Virus record (IMG/VR): IMGVR_UViG_3300026488_000246
Coordinates: 19,463-83,462 of that record
From: a virus
Taxonomy: Duplodnaviria; Heunggongvirae; Uroviricota; Caudoviricetes
Direction: 5' to 3' (one strand)
Length of the DNA stretch: 64,000 bases
The position numbers were made by a program, and so were the translations under genes. Under the pieces are notes generated by a model. That model ran no database searches, was not told the origin of the DNA, and saw only the letters and a list, made by a program, of their open reading frames with translations. Shown here in pieces: positions 19,280-29,142 of this stretch. How positions within the stretch are numbered: the first letter of the stretch is position 1; every line of letters starts with the position of its first letter.

Positions 19280-20011
19280 ATGTTTATCTCTTATCTCTCA
19301 CATGGTGCACCCAAGATTGACCAAGATTCAGATAAACTTATATATGCTCATGATCCAGCAATACTTGGTTACTTTGGTGTTTACTTTGAAGGAATTAGAA
19401 ACCTAGATTCAAGAATATTTGATAACACTGTAAATCAATATGCAATTGAAACTAATTCTGATATACGAAATCCAAAATTAGTTGAAGATTCTCTAATGGC
19501 TTATTGTACATCTGTTGAAATACCAGAATTAAGTTTGAAAATTATCGACAAACAAACAGTACAATATTTTTCCATAAAGATACCATCAACCATTGACTAT
19601 GGTTCTCAGAATGTGACATTCAGATTCTATGATACATCATCTGGTATAGTTTCAAGATTCATAAGAAACTGGTTCTTTGCTTTGAGGAGACCAGACAAAC
19701 ATTTTCCAAAGAAGTATGTTACTAGACAGAAGATTCAAGGAAAAATGATGCTTAAATGCAACGCCATACTATTTGCTACTGATCCATCTTTATCTGAAGT
19801 AACCTTTGCCTGTGGTTTCTTAGGTTTAATGCCTACAAACTTACCAATAGCACAGTATGCTTCTGATGTGCAAACAAGAACTTTTGCTATACTTTCACAA
19901 ACATTTTCTTTTGACAAAATAGTTGTTGATGATCACATATACAATTTTGCTTACAATAAACTCCTTCCAACATTAGCTTCTCATGATGGAGTTGTACAAT
20001 GGTCAACATAA
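19280..20011 (+). CDS. Tail tube-fold protein 1 (tube / tube initiator)
   Basis: DPAILGYF, CTSVEIP, VTFRFYDT..NW, TFSFD; follows sheath. Confidence 0.7.
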   Translation: MFISYLSHGAPKIDQDSDKLIYAHDPAILGYFGVYFEGIRNLDSRIFDNTVNQYAIETNSDIRNPKLVEDSLMAYCTSVEIPELSLKIIDKQTVQYFSIKIPSTIDYGSQNVTFRFYDTSSGIVSRFIRNWFFALRRPDKHFPKKYVTRQKIQGKMMLKCNAILFATDPSLSEVTFACGFLGLMPTNLPIAQYASDVQTRTFAILSQTFSFDKIVVDDHIYNFAYNKLLPTLASHDGVVQWST

Positions 20012-20817
20012 ATCAATCATTGAAGAATGCATTTAAAAGTGCAGAATCTTATGCCTCCAATTTCGTGTCAACAGCTAAAGATATGTTTTCAAATCTTGTT
20101 AACCCGGAAGTAAATGCAGAAATATTAGGTACATTTGCTGAAAACCTATTATCAACTAAACTTGAAGAAATTAAGAGTAAACTTGAAAATAAGATACAAC
20201 GGATTGATAAGTCATTTTCAACATACATCAAAATGATAGAAAGTAATTTTGGAGTTTTTACAGTAGCCTTCAGTGGTAATGGAGAATGTGATTATCCACC
20301 TCATCTACTTCAAGATCCTTATATTACAGGCTATTATTACGTAACCATAGATCCCCCATCTAGCATCGTAAAACAAGTTAAATTTGATACAGTAAAGTTT
20401 AGGCAGAAACTTGGTTTTCTTTGTAGAGAAACTCAACTACCAACATTAACAATGAATCATGTTGAAAAGGTTGGTTATGGAGGTGTTAAGCAACAAGTTG
20501 TAGCTAATGTAGATTATGAAAGAACTGTAAGCTTAACATTTTATGATACATATAACCTAGAAGTGTATAAGTTTTTCAAAGCATGGTTTCTGTCTATCTC
20601 TGATTTGAAAACAGGACTACATCTTTACAAAAATCAATCAGATTTTAAAACTTCAATTGTTGTAGTACATGCTGATCCAAAAATGACAACTATTGATTTA
20701 GATGTATTTGTAGGTGCACATCCATCTCAGCTTCCTTTAGTGTCACAATCTAGAGATCTTGCAATTAGAGAGATTCAAGTAACTTTCCAGTTTGATATGT
20801 GGTTACCAACCAAGTAA
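19999..20817 (+). CDS. Tail tube-fold protein 2
   Basis: DPYITGYY, CRETQLP, VSLTFYDT..AW, VTFQFD. Confidence 0.7.
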   Translation: MVNINQSLKNAFKSAESYASNFVSTAKDMFSNLVNPEVNAEILGTFAENLLSTKLEEIKSKLENKIQRIDKSFSTYIKMIESNFGVFTVAFSGNGECDYPPHLLQDPYITGYYYVTIDPPSSIVKQVKFDTVKFRQKLGFLCRETQLPTLTMNHVEKVGYGGVKQQVVANVDYERTVSLTFYDTYNLEVYKFFKAWFLSISDLKTGLHLYKNQSDFKTSIVVVHADPKMTTIDLDVFVGAHPSQLPLVSQSRDLAIREIQVTFQFDMWLPTK

Positions 20818-20865
20818 CCTAACCTAATAACCATATACAACTTTATTACAAAATGAAACGCTTCC
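20816..20865 (+). promoter_or_regulatory. Motif A copy 2
   Basis: AACCTAACCTAATAACCATATACAACTTTATTACAAAATGAAACGCTTCC before 20893. Confidence 0.75.
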
Positions 20866-20892
20866 ACTCATTTAATAGGAGGAACTTCATTT

Positions 20893-21507
20893 ATGGCGAG
20901 CCTTAAGGATTTTCTAAGAAATGGACTTACAGGTACATGTGAAAACACCTATCAATATGATCCATTTATCAAAGGTACATTCTTTGCATTTATCAGATTA
21001 CCAGAAATACTTGATTTATCAGATTTTGAAGATCTATTTCCAAGAACAGTTTTAGCTGTGACTCTTCCAACACCTACTATTACAGAATTAGAAGCTATTG
21101 GTTTAGGTGGATTAAGAACACTTCATCCTGGACAACTTAGCTTAGGAAATGACCTTCCTATAAGATTAAGAGATACTTATGAGCTTAAAGTAATCAAAGC
21201 AATTGGAAAATGGCATGATAGCATTAGAAGCTATAGTACAGGACTTGCACAAATTGAACCGAGGTCTTCTAATTACAAAGGAACACTTGATCTAATTATT
21301 ACATCACCAAGTGGAAAATATGCACCATTTGGAGTCACATTCATAGGTGTTTGGCCTACAACGAATCCTCTTAATGCTCTTGGTGCAGATATCAATGATG
21401 TTGCAATTGCTGAAGTTGATGCAACATTTAAATTCGATTTGATTTGCAAGATGGACCCTACAAAGGTTAAGAAGTATATTCAAGAAATAGATATTGTTGA
21501 CTTCTAA
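20893..21507 (+). CDS. Tail tube-fold protein 3 (best candidate for the major tube)
   Basis: DPFIKGTF, AVTLPTP, IRLRDT..KW, GVWPT, ATFKFD; has its own motif-A promoter and downstream hairpin. Confidence 0.75.
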   Translation: MASLKDFLRNGLTGTCENTYQYDPFIKGTFFAFIRLPEILDLSDFEDLFPRTVLAVTLPTPTITELEAIGLGGLRTLHPGQLSLGNDLPIRLRDTYELKVIKAIGKWHDSIRSYSTGLAQIEPRSSNYKGTLDLIITSPSGKYAPFGVTFIGVWPTTNPLNALGADINDVAIAEVDATFKFDLICKMDPTKVKKYIQEIDIVDF

Positions 21508-21512
21508 GAAAT

Positions 21513-21543
21513 AGGCAAGGGATCAAATTCTGGTCCCTTGCCT
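21513..21543 (+). terminator. Intergenic hairpin (GGATCA/TGGTCC family)
   Basis: AGGCAAGGGATCA-AATTC-TGGTCCCTTGCCT. Confidence 0.65.
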
Positions 21544-21563
21544 TTAACATTGTTTTAGAGAGG

Positions 21564-22334
21564 ATGCATAATATGATAGATAAAGTAATCACAAGAAAAG
21601 CTGGATTTGATGTAAGTGAAACTGGAAGCATAACATACGATAACACACCACTTGTTTCAGGTTATACTTTTATTCACATACGAGTTCCTGAGTGTGTAAA
21701 AAGAATAGTAACCAATTATGAAGAATTGGAGTATGTATTAGCTGCAAATGCACAAGCCAGCGATTTACCTTCTAATACGATTACATATGAACCAAGAGAG
21801 CATGGACGTGGTTTAAGAACTATGGTTCCAATGGGAGAAGACGCTGGACATGAATTTTCTATCAGATTTTATGAGAATGTCCAGTTTGATGTATTCAACA
21901 TCTTAAGCATTTGGTATTCATGTATTCTAAATCCAGCTACATATAGACCTCTACTAAAGAAAAACTTTGGTGAATCTTGGTTAGAGTTAATTAAAACAAC
22001 TGTTACTGTCTACATTCTTCCTCAAGATTTCTTAAACAACCCAGATTCATTACTGATTTATAAAGCTTATGGTGCATCAATTGCTTCTTTGAATAACTCT
22101 GATTTTCAACCTGATGTTTCTCAGAATAATATAGTTGTCCTTAATGCTACATTCCAATCTGATAGGTTCATACCGTTAACAAAATCCTTAGCTGATTTGT
22201 ATGGTCTAAGTAAAGTTTATGCTAAATCAGTAAGAGATTTACATGTAGGACTTAAAGAACTAACAGATTATGCATATGATACACTCATTAAAGCTTTGTT
22301 AGATCTTGAAACCAGTATCAATAAGCAAACCTAA
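21564..22334 (+). CDS. Tail tube-fold protein 4
   Basis: PLVSGYTF, ASDLPS, FSIRFYE..IW, ATFQSD. Confidence 0.65.
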   Translation: MHNMIDKVITRKAGFDVSETGSITYDNTPLVSGYTFIHIRVPECVKRIVTNYEELEYVLAANAQASDLPSNTITYEPREHGRGLRTMVPMGEDAGHEFSIRFYENVQFDVFNILSIWYSCILNPATYRPLLKKNFGESWLELIKTTVTVYILPQDFLNNPDSLLIYKAYGASIASLNNSDFQPDVSQNNIVVLNATFQSDRFIPLTKSLADLYGLSKVYAKSVRDLHVGLKELTDYAYDTLIKALLDLETSINKQT

Positions 22335-22377
22335 CCTAATAACCTTATACAACTTTATTACAAAATGAAACGCTTCC
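22328..22377 (+). promoter_or_regulatory. Motif A copy 3
   Basis: AACCTAACCTAATAACCTTATACAACTTTATTACAAAATGAAACGCTTCC before 22399. Confidence 0.75.
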
Positions 22378-22398
22378 GCGATATGGAGGTTTAGAGAT

Positions 22399-24711
22399 TT
22401 GATTTCAAGAGATCAAATACTACAAACATTGCTAAATGAATTCAAATCAAAGTTTGGATTTCAGATTGACTTTGATAATCCCAACCTTGAAACTTGGTTG
22501 GTTCAGACATTAAGCATTCTTGATGAAAATCAACTTATGTACCTTTCATTGCTTATGAATGAATCCTTTTTATCGACAGCTGTATTACCGAGCACAATCA
22601 AGAAATTTGCAATAGATTATGGTTACAGATACAAGACAGTTCAACCAGCTACAGGTTATGTGGACTTGTATATAGCTTACAATAATTCAACTAACATTGA
22701 TGCTATAATCGATTATGATACAGAATTTCAAACAGATGATGGAATTACTTATATTCCACAATACAAAGTTTACATTACATATTCAAAACATACAAACATA
22801 GCCAATATAATAGCTTATGATGTTGCTGGTAATAAGTTTGTGCTTCCTTATACTTATGAAGTCATAAGCAAAGATGACACATACTATAACGTTATACATT
22901 TCCAACTTCCAGTAATACAAGCAAAAAGAGAAATCTTATCTTTCATCGTAAGTCCCTCTGATGTAGTAAACTACAAGTTTCCAACCTATACAATTCCATT
23001 TCCAACAGAAGGGCAATTAAGTAATCTTAATGTTTATGTTTCTGGAGTTCCTGCAGAAAGAAAATCCTTCTTATTTGAATTGGACCCGGACAAATATTCC
23101 TTTGTGCTTCTTGAAGCTGCAGATGGATATCAACTCATTTTTGGTAATGGTTTGATTGGAAAAAACCCAAATCCTGGGGATACGATTACAGTTGAATTAC
23201 TTACTTCTCTTGGTTCTAAAGGAAATGTTTATGCAAACACATTAAGCCTTACACAATCCATAATAAACAAAGCTACTGGGAATCCATTAAACATTATAGT
23301 ACATCATCCAGATATCCTTAATGGACAAGATGCAGAGAACCCAAATGATATAAGGCTTAATACAATCAAACAGCTTCATAAGAATGACAGATTGGTTACT
23401 CATAAAGATTTTGAATTCTTAGCAAAGGATAAGCTTCCTTTTCAAGATGTAAAAACTATATTCACAGTTTCTGATTTATTTGTGAATGAAATATGCATGT
23501 TTGGATTCTTCACATATAAAGGTAAACTTGTTAAAAGTTTAACAGGTAAGCTTACAACTGAGAGTGTTAAAGTCAAACAGTTTACACCTGTTTATCAAAA
23601 CAACCTTGAAAGTGTTGATTTATCAGAAACTAAAGAGAATGAAGATGCACTAGAGTTTGTAGTACCATTTGAAATAGATATCAATACAGACACTATGGTA
23701 GGTATTGTTTACTATTATCCACATATGTCAAACATAAACTTCAAAGTTGTCCAGGAAAGTTATTACTCTGTAGATCATCAATCATATGCAAAACTAAACC
23801 AAGCTTTATTTGTATATGACAAAAAGGATAGACAACCAAAACTGAGACTTAACTATCTCTTAAACGTTAACGAATTTATGAGCCCTGAGGATAACATTCA
23901 ACTTGAAGTAAATCTTACACAATCAGGTAAGACTTATAATCTTTCGTATAACAAAGCTTCATTTGATACAGTTAGCAACATATTAACAATTGATGTCGAT
24001 TTACCTGACACTCTAACAGAAGATTTCATTACAGGTACAATTGCCCTTAAGTATAAGTATGCAACGCAAACAGAATATGAAATGATAAACTATGTAGAAT
24101 TGTCACCATTCTATGCAAAATACAACATTTCAGCTTATACACCAATCAAAGTGAAATTTGAAGATAAGAAATACATAGTTTATGGTGTTCCTGCTATAGA
24201 ATACATTGAGGATATTATCGAGCATCTTAATCAACTTTACATATCAGGAGTATCTTACATAGAAGAAAGAAAAATGTTAACCAATAAAGTTGCAATAGCT
24301 TTTGGCAAAACCGTTGGATTGCTTATGAATAGCAATCTATCAAGATCTCCTCTCAATTCTGCAAAACCTGGACAATTTGAGATTCCTGTTAAGTTGCATA
24401 TCAAAGCATATGTGCATACAATGGAAACATCTAGTGCTATACAACAGAGAATCAAGAAACTTGTAATGTCATTCATACAACCAAGTTTTGATATAGATAT
24501 CATCAGAAGTACAATTGTTAAGATGCTCTATGATAATCTTGATTATCTAAAGGATGTGGAAGTTTACATTGTAGACAAGAATGGAAATCTTACAGAAGAA
24601 GATATAAGCATTCATATAGATTCTTACGATATTCCAAAAGATCAGGTTCTAACTTTTGTACCAGAAATTATTGGTCTACAAGAACCAGAAGTTGAAGTTA
24701 TCTATGTTTAA
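22399..24711 (+). CDS. T4 gp6-like baseplate wedge protein
   Basis: NESFLSTAVL..FAIDYGY, IFGNGLIGKNP, TSLGSKGN, NGQDAE..IR, RLVTHKDF motifs. Confidence 0.85.
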   Translation: MISRDQILQTLLNEFKSKFGFQIDFDNPNLETWLVQTLSILDENQLMYLSLLMNESFLSTAVLPSTIKKFAIDYGYRYKTVQPATGYVDLYIAYNNSTNIDAIIDYDTEFQTDDGITYIPQYKVYITYSKHTNIANIIAYDVAGNKFVLPYTYEVISKDDTYYNVIHFQLPVIQAKREILSFIVSPSDVVNYKFPTYTIPFPTEGQLSNLNVYVSGVPAERKSFLFELDPDKYSFVLLEAADGYQLIFGNGLIGKNPNPGDTITVELLTSLGSKGNVYANTLSLTQSIINKATGNPLNIIVHHPDILNGQDAENPNDIRLNTIKQLHKNDRLVTHKDFEFLAKDKLPFQDVKTIFTVSDLFVNEICMFGFFTYKGKLVKSLTGKLTTESVKVKQFTPVYQNNLESVDLSETKENEDALEFVVPFEIDINTDTMVGIVYYYPHMSNINFKVVQESYYSVDHQSYAKLNQALFVYDKKDRQPKLRLNYLLNVNEFMSPEDNIQLEVNLTQSGKTYNLSYNKASFDTVSNILTIDVDLPDTLTEDFITGTIALKYKYATQTEYEMINYVELSPFYAKYNISAYTPIKVKFEDKKYIVYGVPAIEYIEDIIEHLNQLYISGVSYIEERKMLTNKVAIAFGKTVGLLMNSNLSRSPLNSAKPGQFEIPVKLHIKAYVHTMETSSAIQQRIKKLVMSFIQPSFDIDIIRSTIVKMLYDNLDYLKDVEVYIVDKNGNLTEEDISIHIDSYDIPKDQVLTFVPEIIGLQEPEVEVIYV

Positions 24712-24722
24712 GGAGATATGAG

Positions 24723-26837
24723 ATGAAAGAAAGACTTTCATTTAGATTCATAAGCAATGTTTATGTATCAAATCCAACCAACTTCAAGGATAGATTTTTC
24801 TTCACGTTTAATGAAGAAAAACACAAAACATACTTAGAGTTATACAGACAACAAATAGTATCAGAAACTATGAAAACATTGATGACAAACTTCAATCAGA
24901 AGGTGCCTGCTTTATTGGCACCTTCTGTAGTTTACCTTCGTGAATTCGAATATCAGTTTACAGAAATGTTTTGGAGAAATGTACTAGAGAAAGATCTTCT
25001 ATTGCATAATGTAACTATATCATGTGGTGGTTGTATTGATTGTATCATTGACCAACTTTTTACGAATGTATGGAATCAGCAAACATTAGAGACTATAGGA
25101 TCTCTTGTTAATGAGTGTGTTTCTAATGGTTCTCCATTAGATCGTGATAAGGCTGGACTGTTTGCAATAATGTACAATATGGGATACAGACCAATAGATT
25201 TTGCAGTCACAAACTTCCATGACTATCAAGCAAGTTGGATTTCTTTATCATCTTATGTAGCAAATGCAGTATTCTATAGTTTGCTTGTATTTCTAGATTC
25301 ATACATCACATTAGATAAGCTTAACTTACAAGTTCCTGATGCTTGGTATGATATTATCAAGAAAATGATTGCTTCAAAATTTGAAAGCAACATATATGAT
25401 GAGGATTCGTTAAAGAAGTTTCTTATAGCTAAAAAGATTGTTGCAAGTATACAACCTTACATCCGTTACCTGTTTGATGTCTTGAATCCTGATGATTCAT
25501 GGGAATACTCATATTTTGCAAAAATAGCTTTGCATAAGACTTTGATTGACTTAGTAAATCAAGTAGTTAACTCCTCTGATATAAAATCTGCTATTGAGTC
25601 GTTTGATTTTAATACTTCATTCACAAATCATTATGCTAAGATTAAGGATGAAGTAGAATGGCAACTCAAGAGATTTGATAAGACGAAAATACAAGATTAC
25701 TTCAATCAAGTTATCAATGAATCTACAGAAGATAAACATATTCATCCTGCATTATACCCTGTTTTTCAAGTAATCTGTGAAGGACAAGATATTCATTCTA
25801 AAGATGATTTTAGCTATAGTTACAATAGTTTAAGAGCTATACAAGAACTTTCTAACTTTGATAATGTTAACATCGATGACTATGTATTAGATAGTATTAC
25901 ACATAGCTATGATACGCCAAACAAAGATGCATGGTTGTCATTCATAAGAAACGATTTGTTGAATTATGTCAACAACCAGTTATCCAAGGATATTGAAAAA
26001 CATCAAGCTGAAGATTGGTTCTTTGAAATCTATAATAACGTATACAAGATAGTTGTAGATACACTTGCAACAAGTTTTACAATTCTTACTCAACCACTAA
26101 TATCTGAATTAAGAAACAAATATAATCTATCAGCTATTGAAGAATTAGAGCAAACGATTAACAGTGCAGTTTACGTTGTTTTATACCAACATGCACAATC
26201 AAGCATTCCTAAAATCACTCAAGCATTTCTTAAGGCAAGAGAAGGTGTTGACATATCTCATGAATTAGATAATCTTGCAAATGGTGATAGCCTTCATTTA
26301 ACAAAAATACTCCAAGAAACATTCTCAAAAGCTATTGATGGATATAGACGTTACATTGACCTCAATGAACCAAAATATGAAATTAAGCAATCTATAGCGA
26401 ATGTGCTCTATAACTTTGCAGGAAATACTCAATTGTTATTCGATACTCTTGCTGGTAATCTAGATTTTCTTCAAAGGTTTGATCATTATTATGGCCAATT
26501 TGAAAATGCATTTTTCAATAAGCTTAAGTATGATCTGAAAAAGTTTTATCATCAGTTAGAGCATGCATATATAGGTCATTTCTACCTTAAGCTTGTTGAA
26601 CTAGATTCAATATCGTATGTAATGTTTCCTGTAATTGATCTGTACAAAGAATACAAACTGATGGAATACATACTTATAGGTACAATTAATCTTGATACTT
26701 TAAGATATCACGCTATCAATACAACAGAATTTCCAATACATCTTAAGACAAATTACATAATGCATAATAAGCTTAATGAAGATATGTTGCATAAAGAAGA
26801 CTATAGAAGAATGATGTTGTCAATGATTCACACCTAG
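24723..26837 (+). CDS. Large hypothetical (probable virion) protein
   Basis: 704-aa ORF with RBS AGGAG in structural operon. Confidence 0.6.
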   Translation: MKERLSFRFISNVYVSNPTNFKDRFFFTFNEEKHKTYLELYRQQIVSETMKTLMTNFNQKVPALLAPSVVYLREFEYQFTEMFWRNVLEKDLLLHNVTISCGGCIDCIIDQLFTNVWNQQTLETIGSLVNECVSNGSPLDRDKAGLFAIMYNMGYRPIDFAVTNFHDYQASWISLSSYVANAVFYSLLVFLDSYITLDKLNLQVPDAWYDIIKKMIASKFESNIYDEDSLKKFLIAKKIVASIQPYIRYLFDVLNPDDSWEYSYFAKIALHKTLIDLVNQVVNSSDIKSAIESFDFNTSFTNHYAKIKDEVEWQLKRFDKTKIQDYFNQVINESTEDKHIHPALYPVFQVICEGQDIHSKDDFSYSYNSLRAIQELSNFDNVNIDDYVLDSITHSYDTPNKDAWLSFIRNDLLNYVNNQLSKDIEKHQAEDWFFEIYNNVYKIVVDTLATSFTILTQPLISELRNKYNLSAIEELEQTINSAVYVVLYQHAQSSIPKITQAFLKAREGVDISHELDNLANGDSLHLTKILQETFSKAIDGYRRYIDLNEPKYEIKQSIANVLYNFAGNTQLLFDTLAGNLDFLQRFDHYYGQFENAFFNKLKYDLKKFYHQLEHAYIGHFYLKLVELDSISYVMFPVIDLYKEYKLMEYILIGTINLDTLRYHAINTTEFPIHLKTNYIMHNKLNEDMLHKEDYRRMMLSMIHT

Positions 26838-26847
26838 TTCAATTGGT

Positions 26848-26897
26848 AACCTAACCTTATAACCATATACAACTTTATTACATTTAGAAACGCTTCC
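26848..26897 (+). promoter_or_regulatory. Motif A copy 4
   Basis: AACCTAACCTTATAACCATATACAACTTTATTACATTTAGAAACGCTTCC before 26911. Confidence 0.7.
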
Positions 26898-26910
26898 GAG
26901 GATTTTCACT

Positions 26911-27393
26911 ATGAAGTATTTTGTACAGAGCTTGATACATCCTTATGCATACCTTAATAATCTGGAAATTGAATTATTCAAAGGTTTGAATCTAGACTAT
27001 GATACCAAACAACAAGCTTTAAACTTTCTAGTGTTGAATGTCTGGTTCGATAATTTTGAAAAACAGATTGTTGACTTAGGTTTAGCATATTATACAGTTA
27101 AACAATATTTTGAAAACAATGATGATTTTATCATTGTTGTTGATCCAGAATTTACACTTAGAGAAGAAGCTTTAGCGCACATAACAAGATTCTTTCCATC
27201 TCTAGAACTCAAGATACCATTTTATACGAAATCACCTCCCAAAGATCGAATAATTCAATCATTTGAAGATTTCAAAGATGGTTCAAAGATACTCAATACA
27301 GCTTTGTATCTAACCTTGAAGTACTGCAAACCTAACCTACAAACAATAGCATATAATTTCGAGCAAGTTAAACAAGTAGGGAGAGTGCTATAA
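26911..27393 (+). CDS. Hypothetical protein
   Basis: ORF directly after motif A. Confidence 0.7.
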   Translation: MKYFVQSLIHPYAYLNNLEIELFKGLNLDYDTKQQALNFLVLNVWFDNFEKQIVDLGLAYYTVKQYFENNDDFIIVVDPEFTLREEALAHITRFFPSLELKIPFYTKSPPKDRIIQSFEDFKDGSKILNTALYLTLKYCKPNLQTIAYNFEQVKQVGRVL

Positions 27394-27746
27394 TGTTTGA
27401 CTATGTAGAAGCTGTTAAGCAAACTTACAACAACTTTCTTACTAAACAACAGGATTATATGGCTATCACATTGATTAACGATACAACCATTGATACATAT
27501 ATGACATCAATCAATAACCTGTATCTACTGAAGTTTGATCCTCAGTATCAACTAAGGACTATTGAATTCATTCCTCCTGATTTCCCTGAGGAGATTTCTG
27601 TATTTCAAGGAAACCTTTTAGCTCTGTTTGATAAGCAAGAAGATATTCCATATGTTAAACGATTCCTTGTTGAGTTAGACAATATGAGTAGATTATATCC
27701 AGCATTACAATCGTTGTTTAACATTGCTTTATTTAGGAAGGAGTAA
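27393..27746 (+). CDS. Hypothetical protein
   Basis: TAATG overlap, RBS GGAG. Confidence 0.7.
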   Translation: MFDYVEAVKQTYNNFLTKQQDYMAITLINDTTIDTYMTSINNLYLLKFDPQYQLRTIEFIPPDFPEEISVFQGNLLALFDKQEDIPYVKRFLVELDNMSRLYPALQSLFNIALFRKE

Positions 27747-27752
27747 GAAGTT

Positions 27753-29090
27753 ATGGAACTGATAAAATCTGTGAAAAGTTTTCTGAGAAACTCTCCTTAT
27801 GTTGCTAAAGGAAAAGAGATATTACACAGGACAACCAAGAGTGTTTTAGCTCCTATAATGAGAACGACAACATACAAATACTTCAAGAAGATATTAACGG
27901 GTTCATTACCAAACTTTCCACCTTCTTTTATTCCAGGAGCTTCTATTCCACCTACAGTTTGGAATTCACAAGTAAGAAAGATACTTAAACCTGTTGGTGG
28001 GATTTTAAGAAGGCCTACGTTTCAAATCTATAATCCACCTCAAGCAGCTATTGTGGGTGATCTAGTTTTTGGTGTACCACCTGAATATCTATATCCAACA
28101 ACATTAGCAGGAAAAGAATACATAGACAATCCAGAAGAGCTATTCAGATTCTTTATTATTAAAGATGTTGGTCAGATTCAGCTACCAGAAGAATTGAAAG
28201 GTGGTAAATCATTCTGGCAATTTGAATTTGAATCAAAATGGGATGATTTTGCAGAATTAGTAAACTTTATACTTGCAAGTGGTCAAGTATATGATAGAGT
28301 ATACCAGCTTGGTGATAAGAAACCAATCAAATTTGCTATTGATAACAATGAATTCCAATTTAGTTTTAGCAATAGCTATACAGACACATTTCTTGAAAGA
28401 ATGAATAATGTGTTATCTCAACCAGCAAGACAAATAGCCTATATGTATGGTGGTACATTACAATCGGCTATTAAGCAATTTGGTGATTGGGTGAAACAAC
28501 TAGGTAATAGCTCTGTACTATTAGCTCCTTTAACTGGAATGTGGAATGCTGCAGAAAAAATTGCTAGTTCAATGTCAAATGCAAACGTCCCAGAAGGTGT
28601 AAGACAATTCTTCACAGCGTTGAATACAGGTTCTAGAATTGTCTTTCCTAAAATTTGGCAAGGTTCAAACTTTAGTAATCAATTTACAATAAGGACAACA
28701 TTGTTTGCTTTATCTGATGATCAAGATGAGATAAGCAAAAGAATTCTTGTACCATTAGCAATAATTCTTGTATTATCAACACCTTTAGAACCTGAAAAAG
28801 ATGGTAGTGGTGGATACTTTTATAGGTTTCCGTTTGTAATCAGATGTGAAATCGAAGGTGTTAGAGAAATAGAAGCTGCTGTAATTACTAACTTAAGAAT
28901 TGGTTTAGGAGGAGAAAGATCATTTTATGATGTTGAAAAACGATATTTAGCAGTAGATGTTGAATTCGAAGTGATGGACGTATATGATACAATGATTACG
29001 ACAAGAACTGGACAACATCCTTCTATTGTACCTACAACATCTAAATGGTTCCAATATTTATCAAACTTCATTAGAGGAACAAAAACTTAA
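27753..29090 (+). CDS. Baseplate / tube-initiator-like structural protein
   Basis: FSFSNSY, RIVFPKIWQGSNFS, PF.IRCEIEG, ITNL, VDVEFEVMDVY resemble gp48-type tube-cap domains. Confidence 0.5.
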   Translation: MELIKSVKSFLRNSPYVAKGKEILHRTTKSVLAPIMRTTTYKYFKKILTGSLPNFPPSFIPGASIPPTVWNSQVRKILKPVGGILRRPTFQIYNPPQAAIVGDLVFGVPPEYLYPTTLAGKEYIDNPEELFRFFIIKDVGQIQLPEELKGGKSFWQFEFESKWDDFAELVNFILASGQVYDRVYQLGDKKPIKFAIDNNEFQFSFSNSYTDTFLERMNNVLSQPARQIAYMYGGTLQSAIKQFGDWVKQLGNSSVLLAPLTGMWNAAEKIASSMSNANVPEGVRQFFTALNTGSRIVFPKIWQGSNFSNQFTIRTTLFALSDDQDEISKRILVPLAIILVLSTPLEPEKDGSGGYFYRFPFVIRCEIEGVREIEAAVITNLRIGLGGERSFYDVEKRYLAVDVEFEVMDVYDTMITTRTGQHPSIVPTTSKWFQYLSNFIRGTKT

Positions 29091-29106
29091 GTTTGGTTCT
29101 TTTAAT

Positions 29107-29138
29107 CCTTACATACCAATAATGGTATAAGGGAGGTA
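29107..29138 (+). promoter_or_regulatory. Hairpin overlapping the RBS of 29143
   Basis: CCTT(AC)ATACCA-ATAA-TGGTAT-AAGG pairs the 5' half of AAGGGAGG. Confidence 0.45.
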
Positions 29139-29142
29139 GACT

